Position numbers and translations under genes: made by a program. 64,000 nucleotides of DNA, from contig JAHJHR010000011.1 in NCBI GenBank assembly GCA_018823745.1, forward strand, positions 43,802-107,801. Direction: 5' to 3'. The stretch comes from Alphaproteobacteria bacterium. Its GTDB lineage: Bacteria; Pseudomonadota; Alphaproteobacteria; Oceanibaculales; Oceanibaculaceae. A model generated the notes under the pieces. The model searched no databases. It had not been told where the DNA came from and saw nothing but the letters and a program-made list of their open reading frames with translations. Positions 41,516 through 50,722 of this stretch are shown here, piece by piece. How positions within the stretch are numbered: the stretch's first letter is position 1; every line of letters starts with the position of its first letter.

Positions 41516-42436
41516 TTGACCGACCACGCGAACACCGTATCACCGGCGGCAGGTTCCTTTGGCCGATTGCGTCTGGCCGTGACGCGCAGCGAGGCGCTGC
41601 GGGGCCTGACGCTGATGTCGCCGACATTGTTCGTGGTCGTGGCGGCCATGGCCGTGCCGCTGATGCTGATGGTGGCCTACAGCTTCTGGTCACAAAGCTA
41701 TGTCACGCTCGACACCAGCTTCACCTTGAAGAACTACACCGATGTGGTGACGCGCGACATCTATCACATCCTGTTCCTGCGTTCGGTGACGATCTCCGGC
41801 ATCGTCACGCTGGTCACCGTGCTGCTGGCCTATCCGATGGCCTATTTCGTCGCCTTCGACGTGAAGAAGAACAAGCTGCTCTGGCTGATCCTGCTGACCC
41901 TGCCCTTCTGGACCAGCTATCTGCTGCGCGTGTTCTCCTGGAAGGTCATCCTGGGCTATAACGGCGTCATCAACTCCGGGCTGATGTCGATGGGCGTCAT
42001 CGCCGAGCCGCTGCAATTCCTGCTCTACAACCCGTTCTCGGTGATCGTGACGCTGGCCCATGCCTGGGCGGCCTTCGCCATCCTGCCGATCTATGTCTCG
42101 CTGGAGAAGATCGACCGCACGCTGCTGGAGGCGGCAACCGATCTGGGCGACGGGCCGGTACGGCGCTTCTTCCGCATCACCCTGCCGCTGTCCATGCCGG
42201 GGGTGATCGCCGCCTCGCTGCTGATCTTCATTCCGACGGTCGGCGATTATGTCACCCCCTCGCTGGTCGGCGGTACTGGCGGCGTGATGATCGCCAACAT
42301 CATCCAGGCGCAGTTCAGCCGCGCCAATAACTGGCCGCTCGGCTCGGCGCTGGCGATCAGCACCATGCTGGCGGTCACCGCGATTGCCTGCCTGTCGATC
42401 TGGCTGGCCAAGCGCGGCACGGCGGCCATCCGATGA
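41516..42436 (+). CDS. ABC transporter permease (PotB-like)
   Basis: TTG start 5 nt after GGGAGAAGG. Six hydrophobic segments and an EAA-like loop LLEAATDLGDGPVRRF. The start is uncertain. Confidence 0.75.
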   Translation: MTDHANTVSPAAGSFGRLRLAVTRSEALRGLTLMSPTLFVVVAAMAVPLMLMVAYSFWSQSYVTLDTSFTLKNYTDVVTRDIYHILFLRSVTISGIVTLVTVLLAYPMAYFVAFDVKKNKLLWLILLTLPFWTSYLLRVFSWKVILGYNGVINSGLMSMGVIAEPLQFLLYNPFSVIVTLAHAWAAFAILPIYVSLEKIDRTLLEAATDLGDGPVRRFFRITLPLSMPGVIAASLLIFIPTVGDYVTPSLVGGTGGVMIANIIQAQFSRANNWPLGSALAISTMLAVTAIACLSIWLAKRGTAAIR

Positions 42437-43257
42437 GCGCGCAGCCGCAAAGCCGGGATACCGCTGCGCGCCGCTGGCGCGGCGGCTATGCCGTGCTCTA
42501 TCTGGCGTTTCTCTATGTGCCGATCCTGGTGCTGCCGGTGTTTTCCTTCAACGATTCGATCTTCGTGTCGTTTCCGCTGAAGGAATTCACGACCAAATGG
42601 TACGCCCAGCTGGCGGGCCAGCCGGCTCTGTTCGATGCCCTGGCCAACAGCCTGAAAGTCGCCATCTTCAGCGCCGTCTTCTCGACGCTGCTAGGGATAT
42701 TCGCGGCCAAGGCGATGACCCGCTACCGCTTCCCGCTGCAACGGCCTGCCTTTGCGCTGGTCATGCTGCCACTGGTGATTCCGGAGATCATCCTGGGCCT
42801 GTCGCTGCTGATCATGGTGAACCGGATCGGCCTCAGCCTGTCGCTCTATACCGTCTCAATCGGCCATGTGCTTCTCTGCGTACCGTTTGCCGTGGCGGTG
42901 CTGCTGTCGCGCTTCGAGGGCTTCGACCGCAGCCTGGAGGAAGCCTCGCTCGATCTGGGCGAGAGCGCCTGGATGACCTTCTGGCGGGTTACCTTCCCCA
43001 TCGTCTTTCCGGGCATCGTCTCCAGCCTGCTGCTGACCTTCACCATCTCCTTCGATGAATTCATCATCGCCTTCTTCCTGACCGGCAGCGAGACCACCCT
43101 GCCCGTGCATATCTGGAGCCAGCTGCGCTTTCCCCAGCGCCTGCCCAGCGTGCTGGCGCTGGGAACACTGCTGCTGGTCGCCTCGACCCTGCTGATCATC
43201 CTTGCCGAATGGCTGCGCCGGCGTGGCATCCAGCCCGACAAGCAACCCGATATGTGA
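42433..43257 (+). CDS. ABC transporter permease (PotC-like)
   Basis: LEEASLDLGESAWMTFWRVTFP is an EAA loop. Overlapping stop/start with the upstream permease. Confidence 0.85.
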   Translation: MSAQPQSRDTAARRWRGGYAVLYLAFLYVPILVLPVFSFNDSIFVSFPLKEFTTKWYAQLAGQPALFDALANSLKVAIFSAVFSTLLGIFAAKAMTRYRFPLQRPAFALVMLPLVIPEIILGLSLLIMVNRIGLSLSLYTVSIGHVLLCVPFAVAVLLSRFEGFDRSLEEASLDLGESAWMTFWRVTFPIVFPGIVSSLLLTFTISFDEFIIAFFLTGSETTLPVHIWSQLRFPQRLPSVLALGTLLLVASTLLIILAEWLRRRGIQPDKQPDM

Positions 43258-43264
43258 GTGCGCC

Positions 43265-44359
43265 ATGGCCAACAGCGACGCCTTCATCGATATCCGTGCC
43301 GTCAGCAAGCGTTTCGGCAGCGTCACCGCCGTTGATGGCGTGGATCTGGCGATCAGGCAGGGCGAGTTCTTCTCGCTGCTGGGCGCGTCCGGCTGCGGCA
43401 AGACCACGCTGCTGCGCATGATCGCCGGCTTCGAGATGCCGACCGAGGGCGACATCCTGATCGACGGCCAGGTGATGACCGATGTGCCGGCCAATCGTCG
43501 GCCAACCAATATGGTGTTCCAGAATTACGCGATCTTCCCGCACCTCACCGTGCGTGACAACATCGCCTATGGCCTGCGCAAGGACGGCCTGCCCCGGGCC
43601 GATCTGGACCGCAAGGTCGATGCGGCGCTGGAGATGATCAAGCTGTCAGGCTATGGCGCGCGGCGCTCGACCGAGCTGTCGGGCGGCCAGCGCCAGCGTG
43701 TTGCCCTGGCCCGCGCCCTGATCAAGCGCCCGAAGGTGCTGCTGCTGGACGAGCCGCTGGGCGCGCTGGACAAGAAGCTGCGCGAGACCATGCAGCTGGA
43801 GCTGCGCCAGATCCAGGACGAGATCGGCATTACCTTCGTCTTCGTGACCCATGACCAGGAGGAGGCGCTGACCATGTCCTGCCGGGTCGCGGTGATGGCA
43901 CAGGGCCGGGTGATGCAGGTGGCGACCCCGCGTGAACTCTACGAGACGCCGAACAGCCGCGCTGTCGCCAGCTTCATCGGCACGATGAATTTCTTCGAGG
44001 CCACGACAAAAGGCATCGAGGGCGAGCGCCTGCTGCTCGACGCCCAGGGCCTGGGCGGCATCGCCGCTCCCGTGCCGGGCTGGCAGGTCAATGGCAAGGC
44101 GGTGGTCGCCATCCGGCCGGAGAAGCTGCAGCTCTCCCTCGACCGGCCGCAGGGCGAGGTGTCGGCGGCACAGGGCACCATCCTGAACTCCACCTATCTC
44201 GGTGACCGCAGCCATTTCCACGTCCGGTTGGACGGGGTGGAAGCCCCCATTGCCGTCTCCGCCCAGAATGTCGAGCGCAGCATGCGCGACGACCTTGATG
44301 ACGGCACACCGGTCTGGCTGTCCTGGCGTGATACTGCCATGGTGGTCCTGCCAGGGTAA
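43265..44359 (+). CDS. ABC transporter ATP-binding protein (PotA-like)
   Basis: Trimmed to MANSDAFIDIRAV. GASGCGKTT, LSGGQRQRVALARAL and LLLDEPLGALD motifs. Confidence 0.85.
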   Translation: MANSDAFIDIRAVSKRFGSVTAVDGVDLAIRQGEFFSLLGASGCGKTTLLRMIAGFEMPTEGDILIDGQVMTDVPANRRPTNMVFQNYAIFPHLTVRDNIAYGLRKDGLPRADLDRKVDAALEMIKLSGYGARRSTELSGGQRQRVALARALIKRPKVLLLDEPLGALDKKLRETMQLELRQIQDEIGITFVFVTHDQEEALTMSCRVAVMAQGRVMQVATPRELYETPNSRAVASFIGTMNFFEATTKGIEGERLLLDAQGLGGIAAPVPGWQVNGKAVVAIRPEKLQLSLDRPQGEVSAAQGTILNSTYLGDRSHFHVRLDGVEAPIAVSAQNVERSMRDDLDDGTPVWLSWRDTAMVVLPG

Positions 44360-44386
44360 GCGTCTGACACAGAAAGAATTCTCGTA

Positions 44387-45295
44387 ATGTCATCCTTTCG
44401 TCTGCGACTCCGCGCTATCGCGGCCCGCATCCTGTATCGTCTGGCACCACCGCCACCGCCCGCACCGGTGCAGACCCTTGCCATTGCCGGGGGCATTGTG
44501 GAGGTCATCCAGAGTCGGCACGGGCTGATGCTGGTGCCGCGCGCCGATACCACGATCGGCGAGGCGCTGCGCCGCTATGGCGAATGGGCCGAAAGCGAAA
44601 TGACGCTGATGGCGGCGTTCATCCCCTCCGGCGGGACTGTATTGGAGGTGGGCGCCAATCTCGGCTCTCATACCCTCGCCTTTTCCCGGCTGGCCGGACC
44701 GGAGGGACGGGTGATCGCGCTGGAACCGCAGCGCTTCATCCATGCCTGCCTGTCGGGCAGCATCGCGCTGAATGGCTGCCAGAATGTGCGCGCCTTTAAC
44801 GCCTTTGCCGGTGACCATACGGGCAGTTTCCTGCCCCCCACCATCGATTATGCCGAGACCGGCAATTTCGGCGCCGTCCATTTCCGCAATGTCGCAAGCG
44901 CCGCGCGCAGCTTCGAGACGATTCAGATGATCTGCGCCGATGATCTCGATATTCCGCGCCTGGATCTGGTGAAGATCGATGCGGAAGGTATGGAGGCAGA
45001 GGTTCTGCAGGGCATGGCAAAGACCCTCGACCGCCTGAAGCCTGCCGTCTTTGCCGAAGCCACCAGCCAGGACCGGTCAGCAGCGGTAGAAGCGATCCTG
45101 CGGCCGCTCGGCTATCGCGGCTGGATGGTGCGCGCGCCGGCCTATAACCCGGCCAATTTCCGCGCCGACAGCTTCGACATCTTCGGGGGCGCGACGGAAA
45201 CCAACATCCTCTACCTCACCGAGGCACAGGCCGGTCTCCATGCAGCGCTCATCCGTAATCTTCCGGAGTTCCGCCCGGAGCTGATGGCGGACTAA
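44387..45295 (+). CDS. FkbM family SAM-dependent methyltransferase
   Basis: LEVGANLGSHTLAFS...LVKIDAEGMEAEVLQG is the FkbM pattern. Confidence 0.75.
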   Translation: MSSFRLRLRAIAARILYRLAPPPPPAPVQTLAIAGGIVEVIQSRHGLMLVPRADTTIGEALRRYGEWAESEMTLMAAFIPSGGTVLEVGANLGSHTLAFSRLAGPEGRVIALEPQRFIHACLSGSIALNGCQNVRAFNAFAGDHTGSFLPPTIDYAETGNFGAVHFRNVASAARSFETIQMICADDLDIPRLDLVKIDAEGMEAEVLQGMAKTLDRLKPAVFAEATSQDRSAAVEAILRPLGYRGWMVRAPAYNPANFRADSFDIFGGATETNILYLTEAQAGLHAALIRNLPEFRPELMAD

Positions 45296-45300
45296 TCCCC

Positions 45301-46044
45301 TCACCCTGTCGGCGTATCGAACACCAGCTGCACGCGCTCCGACGCGAAGCGGACATAGCCGTAACGGATCGGCACGCCGTCCAGATCGGCATCGACCGCC
45401 TCGGCGAGCAGAACCGGGCGGTTGCGCGGCTGGGCCAGCATGGCGGCCTCGTCCTCGGTCGGCATGCGGGCGGTGATGCGGGTCAGCTTGCGCTTGTAGT
45501 CGGCGACGCCATGCGCCTGCACCATGCGGGTGACCGAATGGAATTCGCCATAGACCGCCGCCGCATTGGGAAAGCGCGCCGACGGGAAATAATTATGCGA
45601 ATAGGTGATCGGCCGGCCATCAGCGTCATGCACTGTGCGCAGCAACGTACAAGGCGTGCCGAAGGGCAGTTCGAGCAGCTTGGCGATTTCTCCCTCGGCA
45701 CGGATCTGCGCTGAATCGATCAGCCGGCCGCCGGGAATGCGGTTCTGCGCCGAGACAATCTCCGAGAAGCGGGTGCGCGCGCCCAGCGTGTAGTCCAGCA
45801 CATGCTCCTGCACGAAGGAGCCACGCCCCTGCTCGATACGGATCAGCCCGCGCGCCTCCAGCGCCTCCATGGCGCGGCGCAGCGTGTGGCGGTTCACCTT
45901 GAACTGGTCAGAGAGCTGCTTTTCCGTCGGCAGCCGGTCGCCCGGCTGGAAGCGGCCCTGGGCGATATCCCGCGTCACGGCTTCCTCGATCTGGCGCCAT
46001 AGCGCGATGCCGGCGCGGCGGGAGAGAGAAATGTCGTCTTCCAT
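45301..46044 (-). CDS. phnF: phosphonate metabolism transcriptional regulator, GntR/HutC family
   Basis: Trimmed to MEDDISLSRR. GDRLPTEKQLSDQFKVNRHTLRRAMEALEARGLIRIEQGRGSFV plus a UTRA-like C-terminal half. Divergent from phnG. Confidence 0.85.
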   Translation of the reverse strand: MEDDISLSRRAGIALWRQIEEAVTRDIAQGRFQPGDRLPTEKQLSDQFKVNRHTLRRAMEALEARGLIRIEQGRGSFVQEHVLDYTLGARTRFSEIVSAQNRIPGGRLIDSAQIRAEGEIAKLLELPFGTPCTLLRTVHDADGRPITYSHNYFPSARFPNAAAVYGEFHSVTRMVQAHGVADYKRKLTRITARMPTEDEAAMLAQPRNRPVLLAEAVDADLDGVPIRYGYVRFASERVQLVFDTPTG

Positions 46045-46058
46045 CGCCGTTTTCTCAT

Positions 46059-46080
46059 CTGTCACGGGAAATTCACGGGA
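46059..46080 (+). promoter_or_regulatory. Pho-box-like direct repeat upstream of phnG
   Basis: CTGTCACGGGA-AATTCACGGGA. TCACGGGA is repeated exactly at an 11-bp period. Confidence 0.35.
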
Positions 46081-46137
46081 TGGCCCTTTACGCGGGCCCC
46101 ATCTTGAAGGCATAGTGCCCTTACATTGATATGGATG

Positions 46138-46164
46138 TCTATACAAATTTTTCAGAGGTATAGA
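46138..46164 (+). promoter_or_regulatory. 7-bp perfect inverted repeat abutting the phnG start codon; possible PhnF operator or RBS hairpin
   Basis: TCTATAC-N13-GTATAGA immediately 5' of ATG 46165. The left arm contains GTCTATAC, which fits the GTnTAnAC form. Confidence 0.3.
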
Positions 46165-46632
46165 ATGCCCGCCACCGATACCACCGCCCCTGCTGATACC
46201 CAGGCACGGCAACGCTGGATGTCTGTTCTCGCCAAGGCCCCTGCCGACAGGCTGGCGGCGCTGTGGAGCGATCTCGGCGATAGTCCCGACTGGTCCTATC
46301 TGCGCCGCCCGGAGACCGGCATGATCATGCTGCGCGGCCGCGCCGGCGGCTCCGGCCAGCGTTTCAACCTGGGCGAGATGACGATGACGCGCTGTTCCGT
46401 CCGGCTGCCTGATGGCCGCGTCGGCCATGGCTATGTTGCCGGCCGCCGGCAGGATCACGCCACCACGGCGGCCCTCGTCGATGCGCTGATGCAGGATGAG
46501 GCCGCCCGCCCGGCGCTGGAGGCCGCGATCATCGAACCGCTGACGCTGGAAGCCGATGCGAAGCGCGCTATCGCCGCGCGCAAGGCAGCCGCCACCAAGG
46601 TTGATTTCTTCACCATGGTCCGGGGGGAATAG
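46165..46632 (+). CDS. phnG: C-P lyase system protein PhnG
   Basis: Trimmed to MPATD. Assigned by its position at the head of phnGHIJKLM and by size (155 aa). Confidence 0.8.
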   Translation: MPATDTTAPADTQARQRWMSVLAKAPADRLAALWSDLGDSPDWSYLRRPETGMIMLRGRAGGSGQRFNLGEMTMTRCSVRLPDGRVGHGYVAGRRQDHATTAALVDALMQDEAARPALEAAIIEPLTLEADAKRAIAARKAAATKVDFFTMVRGE

Positions 46633-46634
46633 AC

Positions 46635-47234
46635 ATGACCGGAACCCTGCTCGCCGGCCTGGCCGATCCCACGCTCGACAGCCAGCGCCTCTTCCGCGCG
46701 GCCCTGGAAGCGCTGTCCCGGCCGGGCCGCATCGTCACTTTGCCGGATACCCTGCCCGATGGCCCGCCCGCCCCGCTGATGCCGGCAACCGCCGCCCTGG
46801 CGCTGGCGCTGTTCGATTACGAGACCCCGGTCTGGCTGGACGAGGTTGCCAATACGCCGGCAGTCTGCGACTGGCTGCGCTTCCATTGCGGCTGCCCGCT
46901 GGTCACTGACAAGGCGGCGGCAGATTTCGCGATCATTGCTGGTGCGCTGCCGGACCTCAGCGATTTCCCGGTCGGCAGCGATGCCTTCCCGGACCGTTCC
47001 GCCACGCTGCTGGTTCAGGTGGCCGGGCTGGAAGCGGGCGGCGACCTGCGCCTCTCGGGGCCGGGCATAGACGGCGATATTTCAATTACGATCAAAGGCT
47101 TGCCTGACACTCTTCCCACCCTTTGGGAAGCCAATCAGAGCCTGTTTCCCTGCGGGCTGGACCTGCTGCTGACCGCCGGGTCGATGCTGCTGGGCCTGCC
47201 CCGCACGACCCGCATCGACCGCCGGAAGGAGTAA
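46635..47234 (+). CDS. phnH: C-P lyase system protein PhnH
   Basis: DSQRLFRAALEALSRPGRIVTLP is typical of PhnH. Confidence 0.85.
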   Translation: MTGTLLAGLADPTLDSQRLFRAALEALSRPGRIVTLPDTLPDGPPAPLMPATAALALALFDYETPVWLDEVANTPAVCDWLRFHCGCPLVTDKAAADFAIIAGALPDLSDFPVGSDAFPDRSATLLVQVAGLEAGGDLRLSGPGIDGDISITIKGLPDTLPTLWEANQSLFPCGLDLLLTAGSMLLGLPRTTRIDRRKE

Positions 47235-47237
47235 GCC

Positions 47238-48344
47238 ATGTATGTCGCGGTAAAGGGTGGCGAACGCGCCATCGACAATTCGCGCCTCCTGCTGGCCGAG
47301 GAACGGCGCGGTGATCCTGCCGTGCCCGAGCTGACGCTGGCGCAGATCGACCAGCAGCTGTCACTGGCGGTTGACCGGGTGATGACCGAAGGCTCGCTCT
47401 ATGACCGCGAGCTGGCGGCGCTGGCCGTGAAGCAGGCGCAGGGCGATCTGATTGAGGCGATCTTCCTGCTGCGCGCCTATCGCACCACCCTGCCGCGTTT
47501 CGGCTATGCCGAGCCGCTGGAGACGGCGGCGATGCATCTGCGCCGGCGAATCTCCGCCACCTACAAGGATCTGCCCGGCGGGCAGGTGCTGGGGCCGACC
47601 TTCGACTACACGCTGCGGCTGCTGGATTTTGACCTGGCCGAAAATGGTGCCACGCCCGAGGCCGAAATGGCCGAGGAACCGCTGGCCGGTGCCATGCCCC
47701 GCGTCGCCGATATTCTCGGCCATGGCGGGCTGATCGAGCCGGAGACGCCGCAGGATGACCGCCCGGTCGGTGACGTGACCCGCGACCCCATGACCTTCCC
47801 GGCCGACCGTGATGCCCGGCTGCAGGCGTTGGCGCGCGGCGATGAGGGCTTCCTGCTGTCGCTCGGCTATTCGACCCAGCGCGGCTATGGCAAGAACCAC
47901 CCCTTTGCCGGCGAAATCCGGCTGGGTGAGGTCGCCGTCGAGTTCGTGCCGGAAGAGCTGGGCTTCCCCATCGAGATCGGCGAGATCACCATCACCGAAT
48001 GCCAGATGATTAACCAGTTCCAGGGATCGACCACGGAACCAGCAAAATTCACAAGGGGTTACGGCCTGACCTTCGGTCATTGCGAGCGCAAGGCGATGGC
48101 CATGGCGCTGGTCGACCGCTCACTGCGCGCGCAGGAGCTGGGTGAGGAGCCGAAGGCCCCGGCGCAGGACCAGGAATTCGTGCTGTACCACGCCGACAAT
48201 GTCGAGGCGTCAGGTTTCACCCAGCATCTGAAACTGCCGCATTACGTCGATTTCCAGGCCGAGCTGGTCATGGTCCGGCGGATGCGCGAGACGGCGGCGA
48301 ACAATGCCACGCCGGGCGATGATTTCGAGGAGGCGGCGGACTGA
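47238..48344 (+). CDS. phnI: C-P lyase system protein PhnI
   Basis: MYVAVKGGERAI...EAIFLLRAYRTTLPRF is typical of PhnI. Confidence 0.9.
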   Translation: MYVAVKGGERAIDNSRLLLAEERRGDPAVPELTLAQIDQQLSLAVDRVMTEGSLYDRELAALAVKQAQGDLIEAIFLLRAYRTTLPRFGYAEPLETAAMHLRRRISATYKDLPGGQVLGPTFDYTLRLLDFDLAENGATPEAEMAEEPLAGAMPRVADILGHGGLIEPETPQDDRPVGDVTRDPMTFPADRDARLQALARGDEGFLLSLGYSTQRGYGKNHPFAGEIRLGEVAVEFVPEELGFPIEIGEITITECQMINQFQGSTTEPAKFTRGYGLTFGHCERKAMAMALVDRSLRAQELGEEPKAPAQDQEFVLYHADNVEASGFTQHLKLPHYVDFQAELVMVRRMRETAANNATPGDDFEEAAD

Positions 48345-48345
48345 C

Positions 48346-49239
48346 ATGAGCACCCAACTCCCCACCCAAATCCCCACGGGCGGCTATAATTTCGCCTATC
48401 TGGATGAGCAGACCAAGCGGATGATCCGCCGTGCCATCCTGAAGGCGGTCGCCATTCCCGGCTATCAGGTGCCCTTCGGCAGCCGCGAGATGCCGCTGCC
48501 CTATGGCTGGGGCACTGGCGGCATCCAGGTGACGGCCGCCATCATCGGGCCGGAGGACACGCTGAAGGTGATCGACCAGGGCGCGGACGACACCACCAAT
48601 GCGGTGAATATCCGCAGCTTCTTCCAGAAGACCACCGGTGTCGCCACGACCGAGAAGACCCGCGAGGCCAGCCTGATCCAGACCCGGCACCGCATCCCGG
48701 AAACCGCGCTGAGCGAAGGCCAGATCATGGTCTACCAGGTGCCGATCCCGGAGCCGCTGCGCTGGCTGGAACCGCGCGAGGGTGAAACCCGCAAGATGCA
48801 CGGCCTGGCCGAATACGGCGTCATGCAGGTGAAGCTGTATGAGGATATCGCGCATTACGGCCATATCTCGACCGCCTATGATTATCCGGTGCGGGTGAAC
48901 GGGCGCTATATCATGAGCCCCAGCCCGATCCCGAAATTCGACAATCCGAAGATGGACAATTCCCCGGCCCTGCAGCTGTTCGGCGCCGGGCGGGAAAAGC
49001 GGATCTACGCCATCCCGCCCTATACCAGCGTGAAGAGCCTGGATTTCGAGGACCACCCCTTCGAGATCGAAACCTGGGACGGGGCCTGCGCGATCTGCGG
49101 CGCCACGGACAGCTATCTCGACGAGATCGTTACCGACGATACGGGTGGACGCATCTTCGTCTGCTCCGACACGGATTACTGCGGCGAACGGGTCGAAGCC
49201 GGCCATAAAGGCGCCGATGATGAGGAGAAGGCGGCATGA
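48346..49239 (+). CDS. phnJ: alpha-D-ribose 1-methylphosphonate 5-phosphate C-P lyase PhnJ
   Basis: Trimmed to MSTQ. YNFAYLDEQTKRMIRRAILKAVAIPGYQVPF, plus a C-terminal Cys cluster CAICG...VCSDTDYC. Confidence 0.9.
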   Translation: MSTQLPTQIPTGGYNFAYLDEQTKRMIRRAILKAVAIPGYQVPFGSREMPLPYGWGTGGIQVTAAIIGPEDTLKVIDQGADDTTNAVNIRSFFQKTTGVATTEKTREASLIQTRHRIPETALSEGQIMVYQVPIPEPLRWLEPREGETRKMHGLAEYGVMQVKLYEDIAHYGHISTAYDYPVRVNGRYIMSPSPIPKFDNPKMDNSPALQLFGAGREKRIYAIPPYTSVKSLDFEDHPFEIETWDGACAICGATDSYLDEIVTDDTGGRIFVCSDTDYCGERVEAGHKGADDEEKAA

Positions 49240-50006
49240 ACAAGTTGCTGCAAGTCCATGATCTGACGAAGACTTATGGCGCACGAACCGGCTGCGCCAA
49301 TGTCTCCTTCGACCTCTATCCCGGTGAGGTTCTGGGCATTGTCGGCGAATCCGGGTCGGGCAAGACGACCCTGCTGCGCTGCCTGTCGGCGCAGCTGGAG
49401 CCCAGCGCCGGAACGGTCGCCTATGACATGCGCGTCAAGGGGCTGACCGATATCTGGTCGCTGTCGGAGCCGGAACGCCGCATGCTGACCCGCACCGACT
49501 GGGGCATCGTGCACCAGAACGCCCGCGACGGGCTGCGTATGGAAGTCTCCGCCGGGGCCAATGTCGGCGAGCGGCTGATGGCGGTCGGCGCGCGCCACTA
49601 CGGCAATATCCGCACCGAGGCCGAGGACTGGCTGACCAAGGTGGAGATCGATACCGGCCGGATCGACGATCTGCCGGCCAGTTTCTCCGGTGGCATGCAG
49701 CAGCGGTTGCAGATCGCCCGCAACCTCGTCACCCAGCCCCGCCTCGTCTTCATGGACGAGCCGACCAGCGGCCTCGACGTGTCGGTCCAGGCCCGGCTGC
49801 TCGACCTGATCCGCACGCTGGTCAGCCGGCTGGGCATTGCCTGTGTGATCGTCACCCATGATCTGGGCGTGGTCCGGCTGCTGGCCCACCGGCTGATGGT
49901 GATGCGCCGGGGCCAGGTGGTCGAACAGGGCCTGACCGACCAGGTGCTGGATGATCCGCAGCACGCCTATACCCAGCTTCTCGTTTCCTCGATATTGCCG
50001 GTATGA
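49236..50006 (+). CDS. phnK: C-P lyase ATP-binding component PhnK
   Basis: GESGSGKTTLL and FSGGMQQRLQIARNL motifs, and position in the operon. Confidence 0.9.
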   Translation: MNKLLQVHDLTKTYGARTGCANVSFDLYPGEVLGIVGESGSGKTTLLRCLSAQLEPSAGTVAYDMRVKGLTDIWSLSEPERRMLTRTDWGIVHQNARDGLRMEVSAGANVGERLMAVGARHYGNIRTEAEDWLTKVEIDTGRIDDLPASFSGGMQQRLQIARNLVTQPRLVFMDEPTSGLDVSVQARLLDLIRTLVSRLGIACVIVTHDLGVVRLLAHRLMVMRRGQVVEQGLTDQVLDDPQHAYTQLLVSSILPV

Positions 50007-50722
50007 CAATGACTTACGATGACACAGTGATGATCGCGGTCGAGGCGCTGACCAAGTCCTTCACCCTGCATCTGCAAGGTGCCACGCATATCCCGGTGCT
50101 GGGCCGCATGGATTTCGCCCTCTCCGCCGGGGAGTGCGCTGTGCTGGACGGTCCCTCGGGCGCCGGCAAATCGACCCTGATGCGCTGCATCTACGCCAAC
50201 TACCTGCCGCAGCAGGGCCGGGTGCTGATCCGCCATGATGGGGCGCTGGCCGACATCACCCATGCCGAGCCACGCACCATCCTCGACATACGGCGGCGCA
50301 GCCTGGGCTATGTCAGCCAGTTCCTGCGCGTCATCCCGCGCATACCGACCCTGCAGCTGGTCATGGAGCCGCTGCTGACCCTGGGCGTGGCAGAGGAGGA
50401 GGCCCGAACCCGCGCCGCCACCCTGCTCGCCCGGCTGCGCATCCCGGAGCGGATGTGGCATCTGCCGCCCGGCACGTTTTCCGGTGGCGAGCAGCAGCGC
50501 GTGAACATCGCCCGTGTGCTGGTGGTCGATTACCCGGTCCTACTGCTGGACGAGCCGACTGCATCGCTGGATGCCGATAATCGCCAGACCGTCGTCGAAC
50601 TTGTCACAGAAGCGTGCGCGCGCGGCGCCGCGATAGTCGGTATCTTCCACGATGCGCTGGTCCGCGATGCCGTCGCCACCCGCGTTATTTCCGTCACCCC
50701 CCACGACAGAGCAGCCGCCTGA
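50003..50722 (+). CDS. phnL: C-P lyase ATP-binding component PhnL
   Basis: GPSGAGKSTLMRCIYANY and FSGGEQQRVNIARVL motifs, and position in the operon. Confidence 0.9.
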   Translation: MTMTYDDTVMIAVEALTKSFTLHLQGATHIPVLGRMDFALSAGECAVLDGPSGAGKSTLMRCIYANYLPQQGRVLIRHDGALADITHAEPRTILDIRRRSLGYVSQFLRVIPRIPTLQLVMEPLLTLGVAEEEARTRAATLLARLRIPERMWHLPPGTFSGGEQQRVNIARVLVVDYPVLLLDEPTASLDADNRQTVVELVTEACARGAAIVGIFHDALVRDAVATRVISVTPHDRAAA

